From: Candidatus Levyibacteriota bacterium
GTDB lineage: Bacteria; Patescibacteriota; Microgenomatia; Levybacterales; GWA1-39-11
Assembly (NCBI GenBank): GCA_018062815.1
Contig: JAGORM010000004.1
Coordinates: forward strand, 1-53,673
Direction of reading: 5' to 3'
DNA: 53,673 bases
How positions within the stretch are numbered: position 1 is the stretch's first letter; every line of letters begins with the position of its first letter. Shown one piece after another: positions 35,896 to 45,969 of the stretch. Under the pieces are notes generated by a model, which saw only the letters and a list, made by a program, of their open reading frames with translations, had not been told where the DNA came from and made no database searches. Both the position numbers and the translations under genes were made by a program.

Positions 35896-35954
35896 AAAAA
35901 CCCGATATTCAAGTGCTACTTAACATTCAAGGAGCATTTAATAATCGGGTTTTT
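35896..35954 (+). terminator. Long composite stem-loop with T-run (terminator-like)
   Basis: The outer stem pairs AAAAACCCGAT (35896..35906) with ATCGGGTTTTT (35944..35954). The inner 7-bp stem pairs AAGTGCT with AGCATTT. Confidence 0.5.
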
Positions 35955-36076
35955 GTTATGATTAAGACATCAATCCTAAAAAAGACCCCACAAAACTGAC
36001 GTATAATGCAATACCTAAAAGGCGAAAATATAACTTCAAGAGAATATATGGTTTCTAAAACCGGGAAAAGAGAGGG

Positions 36077-37660
36077 TTATTTTTCTGATTTATAATGAAC
36101 TAGCTTATATACCTTCACAACAGAGATTGGCCACTCCCCCACTATCTCCGCCTGTCCAAAGCCTGCAACCTCCCACAAGGGGTATCCTAGGGGCTGACAA
36201 GGCACTGATTCACATACAATTAGCAATTGGTCGGTAATAGTATCTCTTTTTGGATCCGCCCCGGGAAACTCTATTGTTACGGGTATTTTTTCATTTACTT
36301 CAAAGAAGTATCTATATGCGTAGTCAGAATTACCACCTGATGATATAACAGCAAAGTTGAAAGGTTTTCCGTCTGTTTTTGACAGTACAAATTCAGAAAT
36401 ACTTCTTACCTGTTTTAGCTGATTATTTCTAGGGTAAAAAATTGGGGTATTATATAGATTAAGTCCTATCATTCCTAATATTCCTACCAGAACAATAACA
36501 GTCACAATCCTTCCTCGCGCAAATGCGTAAGAAACAAGCCCGCCAAATAAAATAAAAGGGAGGGGAAATAAAATTCCAAAATAATAATCGTATATTGCTT
36601 TTTTATAAAAACCAAATAAAAACACACAAACAATAAGCCATAAAAGCAGTAGAGAGAATTTGTAGAATTGTGTATCTTTTTTCTTCAATGAATATGTGAT
36701 CCCAAATATGCAAATAATTATTGATAAAAATCCTATAGCGTATGAGGCAAACCCCCAAATATCCAATACCATGGGCGAATATAAACGTAAGTCTTCTACT
36801 CTTGGAAATGCCAAGAGCAACCTTCCGAATAGTCGCAAGAAAACATCTGAAACAATTTTAAAATATTGTCCATTATTACCCGTCTCTCCAGAAGTCAATA
36901 CAAATTCAGAAATACTTTGAACATTAGGAAAACCATGACGGACTTCAAACGCTAAAAATGGAGACCAACCAATAATTATTCCGCTTAAAAATAATCCATA
37001 CCTTTTTAACACGGTCATAAATGATCCCAATATTTTCTTACTACCACCATAAATAGTGCATACTAATATATAAACGCCACAAAAAACGCCAAGAAATGTT
37101 GTAAGATAATGCAACTGAAGTAGTATCCCAAGGACTATACCTGAAAGAAAAAAATATTTATTTGACTTCTTTATAAATCCAACATAGAGCATAAAAAGCA
37201 TTAAAAGCGTAAAAAAAGGAACAGTATTTGGATTCCAAGATGACTTTGAGTAAATGATTACTAACGGAGAAATTGCATACAATAATGAAGAAATAAGTGC
37301 AGGATAGTAACCAAAAAATTCACGCGTCACCTTGTATACTAACCATATAGTCAAAACGCCAAAAAGCGCTACCATTACAGCGGGTCCAACAGGATTAAAG
37401 TTGAATATAAGCAAAAAAGGTGCCATCATGTAATAGTAGATTGGCCCCAAGAAAAATCCACCAACAGAAGCTGTAGGTCCGAGCAATGTGAGGTTCCCGT
37501 CTAATATGTGCTTTACGACAAGAACATCCCGACCCTCGTCTCCCAGAAATGTAAGATACTCTGAAATTCTATATAACCTGAAAAAGCCACCCGCTAAAAG
37601 AATCAAAATAACAGGAATGTTTTCTTTTTTAAAAAATGTTTTTTTAATTTTCTTAAGCAT
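36077..37660 (-). CDS. GT-C-fold membrane glycosyltransferase (GT39/ArnT/PMT-like)
   Basis: 527 aa with more than 10 TM segments. The N-terminal loop motif FLGDEGRD (acidic DE-type motif) is typical of polyprenyl-phosphate-sugar-dependent transferases. Soluble C-terminal domain. Confidence 0.75.
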   Translation of the reverse strand: MLKKIKKTFFKKENIPVILILLAGGFFRLYRISEYLTFLGDEGRDVLVVKHILDGNLTLLGPTASVGGFFLGPIYYYMMAPFLLIFNFNPVGPAVMVALFGVLTIWLVYKVTREFFGYYPALISSLLYAISPLVIIYSKSSWNPNTVPFFTLLMLFMLYVGFIKKSNKYFFLSGIVLGILLQLHYLTTFLGVFCGVYILVCTIYGGSKKILGSFMTVLKRYGLFLSGIIIGWSPFLAFEVRHGFPNVQSISEFVLTSGETGNNGQYFKIVSDVFLRLFGRLLLAFPRVEDLRLYSPMVLDIWGFASYAIGFLSIIICIFGITYSLKKKDTQFYKFSLLLLWLIVCVFLFGFYKKAIYDYYFGILFPLPFILFGGLVSYAFARGRIVTVIVLVGILGMIGLNLYNTPIFYPRNNQLKQVRSISEFVLSKTDGKPFNFAVISSGGNSDYAYRYFFEVNEKIPVTIEFPGADPKRDTITDQLLIVCESVPCQPLGYPLWEVAGFGQAEIVGEWPISVVKVYKLVHYKSEK

Positions 37661-37676
37661 AGAGGTATTAAAAAAA

Positions 37677-38801
37677 TTAATCTTCTTTCCAGATGAACCT
37701 ACTATACACGGTAAAATTCCATATCAACAATAAACCGGTTCCAATTACAAAATAAAGTAGATAAAACTGCCTACCATACAACTTTTCACCTAAATATATT
37801 GACCCATTTTGAAAAATCCAAACACCTATATTTGATGTGAGAAAAAATTGTACCATTTTTAATAGATACGGTAAGGGTGCTTTTGCCCGCTTATTCCGAA
37901 ACGTCCATAAGTTATTAAGATTATAATTTGAAAATATAGCAAGCTGCGCTCCTACAGTATTTGCAAAAACTAAACTAGCATGTGAATAATTTGCGAGAAT
38001 ATAATATGTAGAAAGATTTATAAATAGACCGCTTAACCCAACAACAAAAAATTTACCAAACCGACCAAAAATCACTTCTTGAAGTCTTGCTGTTATAACA
38101 AAATATAATACATCAAAAATATATCCTAACGGCGCAATTTTGGATTTACCCAAGGTTCTATCCGTGAAATGAAACGGAACCTCACCTATTTTAAACCCAT
38201 CAACAACTGCCTTATGTAAAAAGGCAATTTGGAATATGTACCCATTATAATTTTTTAGATGAATTTTCTCTCTCAAAAAAACTTCTTTCTTAAGCGCACG
38301 GTACCCGCCAGTCCAATCGTGAATAGATAATCGCATAAAAATTGTTCTAACCAGAATATTTGCGGTGATTGAAAATAATTTTCGTTGAGGTGGCCAATTT
38401 TTTGGGATAGACCCTCCATCACTATATCTAGTTCCAATAACAATATCGTATCCCTCATCAATTTTCTTTAAAAATTCTGGAATTTTTGTTGGATCATGTT
38501 GCCCATCAGCATCCATTTCAAATACAACATCTGCCTTCATTTCAGAAATAGCATAGGACATTCCCCTAATGTAGGCCGCACCTAGTCCTTTTTTTGGACC
38601 TGAAGATAATTCTATGTTTTTATATTTTTTAATTAACTTTTTTACTTCATCAGCAGTCCCGTCAGGAGAATTATCATCTGCAACAAGAATATGCATATTG
38701 TGACCTTTTATTTTAGGAAAAATATTTTCTTCCAAAACAGGAATTAATTTTTGAACATTCTCGCGCTCATTAAAGGTGGGAAGAATAATTACAACATTCA
38801 T
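37677..38801 (-). CDS. Polyprenyl-phosphate mannose/glycose synthase (GT2, Dpm1/Ppm1-like) fused to a GtrA-like 4-TM domain
   Basis: VIILPTFNERENV, ADDNSPDGT and MDADGQHDP in the GT2 domain. The C-terminus RFGKFFVVGLSGLFINL... is GtrA-like. Confidence 0.85.
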   Translation of the reverse strand: MNVVIILPTFNERENVQKLIPVLEENIFPKIKGHNMHILVADDNSPDGTADEVKKLIKKYKNIELSSGPKKGLGAAYIRGMSYAISEMKADVVFEMDADGQHDPTKIPEFLKKIDEGYDIVIGTRYSDGGSIPKNWPPQRKLFSITANILVRTIFMRLSIHDWTGGYRALKKEVFLREKIHLKNYNGYIFQIAFLHKAVVDGFKIGEVPFHFTDRTLGKSKIAPLGYIFDVLYFVITARLQEVIFGRFGKFFVVGLSGLFINLSTYYILANYSHASLVFANTVGAQLAIFSNYNLNNLWTFRNKRAKAPLPYLLKMVQFFLTSNIGVWIFQNGSIYLGEKLYGRQFYLLYFVIGTGLLLIWNFTVYSRFIWKED

Positions 38802-38835
38802 GATGAACTAAACTAGTATACCAAAAAAAGAGGAG

Positions 38836-39813
38836 TTATAGGTCGTTTTTCTTTTCCAGATCAAGGTCAGCCTTAACCATCATCTCCACTAACTCCTTAA
38901 ATGAGGTCATAGGCTCCCAACCTAATTCTTTTTTTGCCTTGCTATAATCTCCAATTAGATAGTCAACCTCTGCAGGCCTCATAAATTCTTTTTTATTAGC
39001 TACAACATATTCCTGCCAATTTTTTATTCCAGCAGTTTCAAATGCAATTTTAACAAATTCTTCCACTGAATGATTCTCCCCTGTTGCAATCACATAATCA
39101 TCAGCTTTTGGCTGTTGAAGCATAAGCCACATGGCCTCAACATAATCGCCTGAAAAACCCCAATCACGTTTAGGATCCAATGATCCTAACTCAAGCTTTT
39201 TTTGCTTTCCTAAAGAGATTCTTGCTGCAGCATTGCTGATTTTCCTTGTTACAAATTCCAGTCCACGTCTTGGTGACTCATGATTAAAAAGAATCCCTGA
39301 ACAAGCATACATATCATAGCTTTCTCTATAGTTTACTGTTATATAATGACCGTAAACCTTAGCAACACCATATGGTGAACGTGGATAGAATCGAGTGGTC
39401 TCTGTCTGTGGTGTCTGTGTAACTTTACCAAACATTTCAGAAGATGAAGCTTGATAAAATTTAATTTTTTTATTTACTTGCCGTATAGCCTCTAGCATTC
39501 TAGTCACAGATAATGCTGTGAATTCGCCGGTTAGAACCGGCTGACTCCAAGAAGCCTTTACAAAGGACTGCGCTGCAAGATTGTATACCTCATCAGGCTC
39601 TGAAGTAATTAGTGCGTCGGCAAGAGATCCTTGATCCAGAAGGTCTCCTGGAATAATTGTTATCCTGTCCTGAATATGTCGGATATTTATTATATTTGGA
39701 GTACTTAATCTACGAACCAATCCATAAACCGTGTAGCCTTTTTTTAAAAGAAATTCAGCAAGGTATGAACCGTCTTGTCCAGTGATTCCAGTAATTAAAG
39801 CTTTTTTTGCCAT
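38836..39813 (-). CDS. gmd: GDP-mannose 4,6-dehydratase
   Basis: [35 protein letters not shown] and [10 protein letters not shown]. Confidence 0.92.
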   Translation of the reverse strand: MAKKALITGITGQDGSYLAEFLLKKGYTVYGLVRRLSTPNIINIRHIQDRITIIPGDLLDQGSLADALITSEPDEVYNLAAQSFVKASWSQPVLTGEFTALSVTRMLEAIRQVNKKIKFYQASSSEMFGKVTQTPQTETTRFYPRSPYGVAKVYGHYITVNYRESYDMYACSGILFNHESPRRGLEFVTRKISNAAARISLGKQKKLELGSLDPKRDWGFSGDYVEAMWLMLQQPKADDYVIATGENHSVEEFVKIAFETAGIKNWQEYVVANKKEFMRPAEVDYLIGDYSKAKKELGWEPMTSFKELVEMMVKADLDLEKKNDL

Positions 39814-39841
39814 AAATATACATTAACTTAACTTTAAAATA

Positions 39842-40792
39842 TTAAACGTTATCCCTCCAATAATCAAGTGTGTCTTTTAATGTTTGATCAAGGGGAATGG
39901 TCGGCTCCCAATTTGTCAGATTTTTTATTTTAGTATTATCAGATCTTATATCAGGGACATCAGACGGTCTCATTCGGGAAGGGTCTACTTTTGTTTCTAT
40001 CTTCTCGTATGATAAAGAGACTAACTTTCCTAAAATATCAGAGATTTTATGTGACAAGCCAGAACCTATATTGTAGACTTCTCCGCTTTCTCCTTTTTGT
40101 GCGAGTAGCAAATATGCCCGAACCATATCCCTCACATCTGTAAAGTCTCTTTTTGCATCCAAATTCCCAACCAAAATTTCTTTTCCATTCTTACTTTTCT
40201 CAGCTTCCGCAATTTGTTTGGCAAATGATGAAACAACAAATGATGCAGATTGGCGCGGTCCAATATGGTTAAAGGGTCTCACGCGTATGATATCCATTCC
40301 ATAAGACAAGAAATACTGCAAGCCTAAATAGTCCTGTGCAATCTTTGATACTGCATATGGACTCCCCGGACGCAACTCAACACTTTCAGATATTGGTAAA
40401 TCTGACGAATTCACAATTCCATATACTTCCGCTGAAGAAATTATCATTATCCGTGGAGTATTCGCATAAAGTCTAAGAGCCTCCAATAAATGTATCTGAG
40501 CTGTTACATTATTTATAACCACAGTCTCCGGGCTTGAAAAGCTTTCAGCCGGAGACGTAAGAGCTGCAAGATGATATACCATATCAGGCTGAACTTCAGA
40601 TATACATTTTTGTATTTTTTCTTTTTCTAATAAATCTACTCTATGAAGCTGCATGCGGCTTTTAATATGTTCAATATTTTTAGTATCAGATGAAATATGC
40701 GTTCCGTGAACCTCTAGTCCCTCTGTCAGTAGAAGTTCAGCTAAAAAACTGCCTGCAAAACCTGAAATACCTGTTATGAAAGCCTTTTTCAT
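39842..40792 (-). CDS. GDP-4-keto-6-deoxy-D-mannose reductase-like SDR (Rmd-like)
   Basis: AFITGISGFAGSFLAELLL, SPYAVSKIA (YxxxK) and FNHIGPRQ. It is a Gmd-paralogue type sitting next to gmd. The substrate assignment is inferred. Confidence 0.6.
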   Translation of the reverse strand: MKKAFITGISGFAGSFLAELLLTEGLEVHGTHISSDTKNIEHIKSRMQLHRVDLLEKEKIQKCISEVQPDMVYHLAALTSPAESFSSPETVVINNVTAQIHLLEALRLYANTPRIMIISSAEVYGIVNSSDLPISESVELRPGSPYAVSKIAQDYLGLQYFLSYGMDIIRVRPFNHIGPRQSASFVVSSFAKQIAEAEKSKNGKEILVGNLDAKRDFTDVRDMVRAYLLLAQKGESGEVYNIGSGLSHKISDILGKLVSLSYEKIETKVDPSRMRPSDVPDIRSDNTKIKNLTNWEPTIPLDQTLKDTLDYWRDNV

Positions 40793-40800
40793 TATATCAA

Positions 40801-42090
40801 CTATCTTCCAACTCCTACTGAATTAAATCCCATTTTCTCAAGCACAGACGGAGCATATATATTTCTACCATCTATCAGATTTGGTGTCTTCATAACGCTT
40901 CGAATTTTTTCTAAATCTAACTCTCTAAACTCATTCCATTCTGTGAGTACACAAACAGCATCTGCATCTTTTGCCACTTCATATGGATTTTCACAATAGG
41001 CAATTTCAGGCATAATTTTTTTTGCGTTTTCCATTGACTGCGGGTCATAAGCCTTTATTTTTACGCCGTCATTTTTTAATAAATTAATAATCGTAATAGA
41101 TGAAGCGTCTCTCATATCATCTGTGTTGGGTTTAAATGAAAGACCTAATATACCTATTGTCTTACCTCTTAATTCTCCGCACAGCCGCTTTACTTTCTTT
41201 ACAATGTCTCGTCTTGCGAAATCATTTATCTTCTCAACCTCATCAAGAAGAGCAAAATTGTAGTCATTATCTTTTGCAATTGCCAGTAATGCTTTTACAT
41301 CTTTTGGAAAACAGCTCCCCCCATATCCAGCTCCTGCATATAGAAAAGCCTCTCCAATCCTTTTATCTAACCCAATTCCATGTAGCGCTTCAGGTCCGTT
41401 TGCACCTATTTTTTCCGCCAATTTAGCAATTGCATTCGCGAATGATATTTTTGTAGCTAAAAAAGAATTTGATGCATATTTAATAAGTTCAGCAGTCTCA
41501 AGATTTGTTGCAACTAATTCTCCGCCCATTGGCTTATGCAATTCTTTTAGAATCTCCAATGGTCTATCTTTCTCTGTTCCAATGATAACCCGATCTGGAT
41601 GAAGAGTATCCTCAATAGCGCTTCCTTCCCTTAAAAATTCGGGTACAGATGCTATATCAAAATCTATTCCTTTTTCTGTGTTTTCCTCAAGTATTCTTTT
41701 TACCTTTTTGTTAGTTCCGGGAGGAACGGTACTTTTTGTTGCAACTACAGTATAGTGTTTAAGATTCTTCGCTATTTTCTCAGCCACACTAAATACTGTT
41801 GTTAACTCTGCATCACCTGTTTTTTGAGGAGGAGTTCCAACCGCTATAAACACGACTTCTGATTCTGAAATAGCTGGAGTATATTCAAGCGTAAAGATCA
41901 ATCTACCATTCTCCACATTTCTGGTGACTATTTCGCTTAACCCTGGTTCATATATTGGGAGAATGCCCTTTTTTAAATTTTCAATCTTTTCTTCTGTATG
42001 ACCTATCACGTAAACAGTGTTTCCCAGATCTGCAAAAATCGCAGCAGTTACTAAACCTACATATCCATGTCCAATAAATGTTAATTTCAT
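40801..42090 (-). CDS. ugd: UDP-glucose 6-dehydrogenase
   Basis: FIGHGYVGLVTAAIFADLGN, the catalytic region GGSCFPKD, and GLSFKPNTDD. Confidence 0.9.
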   Translation of the reverse strand: MKLTFIGHGYVGLVTAAIFADLGNTVYVIGHTEEKIENLKKGILPIYEPGLSEIVTRNVENGRLIFTLEYTPAISESEVVFIAVGTPPQKTGDAELTTVFSVAEKIAKNLKHYTVVATKSTVPPGTNKKVKRILEENTEKGIDFDIASVPEFLREGSAIEDTLHPDRVIIGTEKDRPLEILKELHKPMGGELVATNLETAELIKYASNSFLATKISFANAIAKLAEKIGANGPEALHGIGLDKRIGEAFLYAGAGYGGSCFPKDVKALLAIAKDNDYNFALLDEVEKINDFARRDIVKKVKRLCGELRGKTIGILGLSFKPNTDDMRDASSITIINLLKNDGVKIKAYDPQSMENAKKIMPEIAYCENPYEVAKDADAVCVLTEWNEFRELDLEKIRSVMKTPNLIDGRNIYAPSVLEKMGFNSVGVGR

Positions 42091-42093
42091 AGT

Positions 42094-42960
42094 TTACATG
42101 CTCATCTTATGAATACCTTCAATAAATGTACTCATATAAATCCCAAGATTTTCTATTTTACCATTACTTAAATACAAATTAAAAGGACGTTTTGCTCGAC
42201 CTTGAAAAAACTCTTCTCTTGTTGTTTTCGCAATCACTTCAGGGTCAGCATTTATTTCTTTTGCGATCAAGCGCGCAGCATCATATGGGGTAAATGGGGT
42301 ACTTCCAACAACGTGATACACCCCACTAGCGTCTAATTCAATAAGTTTTTGTATGGCATACGAAAGATCATCAATATAAGTTGGTACAAAAATGTGGTCA
42401 GTTACACCTGCCACTGTTTGATTATTTTTTATTCTTGATGCGATGATTCTTACAAAATCTTTCTTTTCAGCCGTACTTATTCCATAAGGATATGCTATTC
42501 TTAGGATGAGATACTCTGCCCCACTATTTTTTACCTTCTGCTCTCCTTGAAATTTAGTTTCTCCGTACCAGTTAACTGGCTGTTGCGTATCTTCTTCTGT
42601 GTACGCCTCCCCTTGTTTTTTTTCACCATTAAAAACAAAGTCTGTAGAGATATATATTATTTTTTTATTATATTCCTTACATAATTCTGCAACATTTTGA
42701 GTTCCCAAAACGTTTATTCTCCATGCGTCCCCTTGCTCGCCCATCTCCTTATCCTTTTCACACCCATCAACGTCTGCTTTCGCAGCCATATGCAAAACAA
42801 ATTTACCGGCATAGGAACTAAAAAATTTCCGCAAAGATTCTTTTTGCGTAATATCTGCACCATTCAATCGTGATAATGGCAAAAATTCGAAGTTATTTAA
42901 TGTCGCAGTGAACCTAGAACCTATTAGACCCGTTAATCCTGTTGCTAAAATCTGTTGCAT
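42094..42960 (-). CDS. RmlD-family dTDP-4-keto-6-deoxyhexose reductase
   Basis: ISTDFVFNG...YGETKFQGE (YxxxK) and RPFNLYLSNGKI. RmlD substrate-binding-domain pattern. Confidence 0.7.
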   Translation of the reverse strand: MQQILATGLTGLIGSRFTATLNNFEFLPLSRLNGADITQKESLRKFFSSYAGKFVLHMAAKADVDGCEKDKEMGEQGDAWRINVLGTQNVAELCKEYNKKIIYISTDFVFNGEKKQGEAYTEEDTQQPVNWYGETKFQGEQKVKNSGAEYLILRIAYPYGISTAEKKDFVRIIASRIKNNQTVAGVTDHIFVPTYIDDLSYAIQKLIELDASGVYHVVGSTPFTPYDAARLIAKEINADPEVIAKTTREEFFQGRAKRPFNLYLSNGKIENLGIYMSTFIEGIHKMSM

Positions 42961-43976
42961 CAGCTCTCCTCCCCATATTGTCCCTGATAATATTTTTCAA
43001 ATTCTGCGTTTTTTAACCTTTTCCACCATTCACGGTTTTCCCTATACCAATCCACAGTTTTCTGAAGCCATGTCTCAAAGTCATAAGCAGGATGCCACCC
43101 AAGCTCTCTGTTTATCTTACCCCAATCTATTGCGTATCTCCTGTCATGCCCCGGTCTGTCTTTTACAAACTCTATCATTGAATCATCCTTTCCCAAAAGA
43201 ATTATTATTTTTTTTACAATTTCTAAATTAGAAATATCTTGGGTCATCCCCCCCACACAGTAAGTCTCCCCCACATGCCCATTCATAAGGACAGCTTCAA
43301 TTGCCCTACAATGATCTTCCACTTGCAACCAATCTCTCACATATAAACCATCACCATAAACTGGAACTTTCTTGTCTTCCAAAAGGTTTGTAATAGCAAG
43401 AGGAATAAGTTTTTCCGGAAACTGAAATGGTCCGAAATTATTAGAGCAATTTGTAATAGTTATAGGCAAACCATATGTGTCTGCATATGCTCTTACTAAA
43501 TGGTCAGACGCAGCTTTACTTGCGGAATACGGACTGTGAGGGTTATATGGGGTTTGTTCATTAAATTTATCTGAAGAATTAAGATCAAGAGACCCAAAAA
43601 CTTCATCAGTTGATACGTGATGAAATCTCTTAATTTTTTTTTCAACCGCAATATCCAATAGCACCTGTGTTCCTATAACATTGGTTACCACAAAATCCTG
43701 AGGTTTTTTAATGGATCTGTCAACATGCGATTCTGCTGCAAAATGAACAACCGTATCCACTCCATCCATTATCTCCCTAACCAAATCCGTATCACAAATA
43801 TCCCCTTTTATAAATTTGTATGACGGATCGTGCTCTATGCTTTTTAAATTATCTAAATTACCCGCATATGTTAATTTATCCAAATTTACTATTAGATCAT
43901 TTCTGTGATGTGAAAGCCAATATAAAATAAAATTTGATCCTATAAATCCCGCACCGCCAGTTACAAGTAATTTCAT
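42960..43976 (-). CDS. rfbB: dTDP-glucose 4,6-dehydratase
   Basis: LVTGGAGFIGSNF, HVSTDEVFG, SPYSASKAASDHLV, and a GHDRRYAID-type C-terminus. Confidence 0.92.
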   Translation of the reverse strand: MKLLVTGGAGFIGSNFILYWLSHHRNDLIVNLDKLTYAGNLDNLKSIEHDPSYKFIKGDICDTDLVREIMDGVDTVVHFAAESHVDRSIKKPQDFVVTNVIGTQVLLDIAVEKKIKRFHHVSTDEVFGSLDLNSSDKFNEQTPYNPHSPYSASKAASDHLVRAYADTYGLPITITNCSNNFGPFQFPEKLIPLAITNLLEDKKVPVYGDGLYVRDWLQVEDHCRAIEAVLMNGHVGETYCVGGMTQDISNLEIVKKIIILLGKDDSMIEFVKDRPGHDRRYAIDWGKINRELGWHPAYDFETWLQKTVDWYRENREWWKRLKNAEFEKYYQGQYGEES

Positions 43977-44043
43977 ATATTTAAAATGAAGACAAAAATA
44001 CCATGCATTTTTTTGATTTTCCTAAGCATTTCTGTATACACCA

Positions 44044-44766
44044 TTAAGAAGCTTTATCCTTTTCTCTTGCTGCCATGAAGTTGCTGACTCGCAGCAAGCT
44101 CTCAAATGTTCCTGCATCTTCCCACATACCCTCAATAATACCAACCTCCAACTCCCCCCTCTTTAAATATTCATTATGAAGGTCAACAATCTCTAACTCT
44201 CCTCGTTCTGAAGGCTTTAACTTTTTTGCATACTCCAATACTTTATTGTCATATATATATACTCCAACTGCTGCATAGTCACTTTTTGGAGAAGCGGGTT
44301 TTTCTTGAATTGACACAACCTTAAAGTTTTCATCAAATTCTACCACTCCAAATCGTTCAGGATCATGCACTTTCTTTGCAAAAATTTTACATCCGCTTTT
44401 AAATGTTTTTATACTCTCTGAAAAATCATGCTCAAAAATATTGTCTCCCAGAATCATTACTACATCGTCTCCACCAATAAAGTTTTGTCCAACAATAAAC
44501 GCATCCGCAAGACCACGAGGCTCCTCCTGTACCTCATATGAAAAATTTAGACCCAAATTTTTCCCCGAACCCAATAAATTCAAAAAATGTCCTGAATATT
44601 CTGGGGCAACAATCACTAATATGTCTTTTATCCCTGACTTTGCTAATGTTTCAATGGGATAATAAATCATTGGCCTATCGTAAACAGGGAGCAACTGCTT
44701 TGAAGTAACTTTAGTTAATGGTCTAAGACGAGTGGCTTTACCACCGGCAAGAATTATTCCTTTCAT
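44044..44766 (-). CDS. rfbA: Glucose-1-phosphate thymidylyltransferase (short form)
   Basis: MKGIILAGGKATRLRPLT at ATG 44766. This makes an ATGA overlap with the upstream small ORF. PRGLADAF and LGDNIF are also present. Confidence 0.85.
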   Translation of the reverse strand: MKGIILAGGKATRLRPLTKVTSKQLLPVYDRPMIYYPIETLAKSGIKDILVIVAPEYSGHFLNLLGSGKNLGLNFSYEVQEEPRGLADAFIVGQNFIGGDDVVMILGDNIFEHDFSESIKTFKSGCKIFAKKVHDPERFGVVEFDENFKVVSIQEKPASPKSDYAAVGVYIYDNKVLEYAKKLKPSERGELEIVDLHNEYLKRGELEVGIIEGMWEDAGTFESLLRVSNFMAAREKDKAS

Positions 44767-45017
44767 ACTATTCCGCTTTTTAAAAGCATAAAAATTGATA
44801 GAACTAGACAACTAATAAGTATATATTCTAGCACAATTTTTGCATGTATGTCATGCTCTTTATAGTGATGAAGTATCCCCATTCCTGAATAACACACTAA
44901 CAAAAATGCAATAAGTAACGTCTCTATCACCACATGAGGCGAGTAGATGTAAATCGCAAAAAAACCTATCCCCAATAAGAAAGTCTCAAATATGTAATAA
45001 CTGTTATGTTTACCCAT
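44763..45017 (-). CDS. Small 3-TM membrane protein, unknown function
   Basis: 84 aa. It is translationally coupled to rfbA (ATGA overlap) and lies 8 nt after the CAP-domain gene. Confidence 0.45.
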   Translation of the reverse strand: MGKHNSYYIFETFLLGIGFFAIYIYSPHVVIETLLIAFLLVCYSGMGILHHYKEHDIHAKIVLEYILISCLVLSIFMLLKSGIV

Positions 45018-45025
45018 AAATATAT

Positions 45026-45907
45026 TTATAAGATCCCTTTATTCGTCGATACCAATATGAATATTAAAAATAGCACAAGTAATATAATGTGATCTATATT
45101 GTGCCCCACTAATCTGGGGATTTTCCTCTTTTCTACAATTACAAGATCAAGCATAAGGATCACAATAATAAATACTAGAAAAATTGTGACGCTTGATCTG
45201 GTTGTCTTTTGAAAATCTACCATTGGAGCAGCTCTCGTTTCCTTCCCAAGTGCTGCAACGCTTTGATTTTCACTTACATCCTTTGCAATAGCTTTCTTAT
45301 CCACTTCCATAATTTGTTGAGAGTTAACAGGAATAGTTGCCACTTCCGCATCCTTTGAAGCAAACATTTCGACAATTAAAACTGTGTCTTCTCCCTGTAA
45401 TTTCCCTTCCACAATTGCAAACCCTACATCTTTATATTTACTTGATAACATGTTCTCCTTATGTGAAGGTGAGTTCATCCAGGCAGAAACCACATCCCCG
45501 GAAGATGTAAATCCTTTGGCTAAATTCTCTCCGGCGTACGAATACTCATACCCAGTAGCTTTTATAAATCCCCATGGTGTAGCACCGTCAGGCGCAAAAT
45601 GAGCCCAATAATCTTTTTGGAACATATCAGCAGCTTTTCTTCTTGCTGCATCAGACAACTGTGCGTCTAGCGCAAGCGGTTCTTGGTTGTTTTGCATCCG
45701 TAATTTGTTCGTCATATCCAACAATTCTTCTTCTGCGATCGAATACGAAATACCTAACACTTCAGGATGTGTAGTTCTTACAACAAATACTATTGATGCC
45801 GAAAACATTACAAGAAAGGTAAGAATGACAAGCGAAGAATTCTGAATTAATTTTGCCCTAAAGTTATTTTTCCTGGTTGGGCCAAGAAGATGTCGTAAAA
45901 ATTCCAT
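45026..45907 (-). CDS. CAP/SCP/PR1-like domain protein with N- and C-terminal TM segments
   Basis: YWAHFAPDGATPWGFI...YAGENLAKGF...AWMNSPSHKENML...YKDVGFA. TTGCAT-17-TAATAA lies upstream. Confidence 0.75.
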   Translation of the reverse strand: MEFLRHLLGPTRKNNFRAKLIQNSSLVILTFLVMFSASIVFVVRTTHPEVLGISYSIAEEELLDMTNKLRMQNNQEPLALDAQLSDAARRKAADMFQKDYWAHFAPDGATPWGFIKATGYEYSYAGENLAKGFTSSGDVVSAWMNSPSHKENMLSSKYKDVGFAIVEGKLQGEDTVLIVEMFASKDAEVATIPVNSQQIMEVDKKAIAKDVSENQSVAALGKETRAAPMVDFQKTTRSSVTIFLVFIIVILMLDLVIVEKRKIPRLVGHNIDHIILLVLFLIFILVSTNKGIL

Positions 45908-45969
45908 ACTTACTAATTATTAGCGAAGGAGGTAAGCATATGCAAGCGTAACATTAAATATCTCATTAT

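Noticed and set aside
45911-45945. A plus-strand perfect SD (GAAGGAGGT) followed by ATG CAA GCG TAA.
   Set aside because: The ORF is only three codons long. The CCTCC complement falls in the 17-nt spacer of a good minus-strand promoter (TTGCAT-17-TAATAA) for the CAP-domain gene, so it is most likely coincidental.
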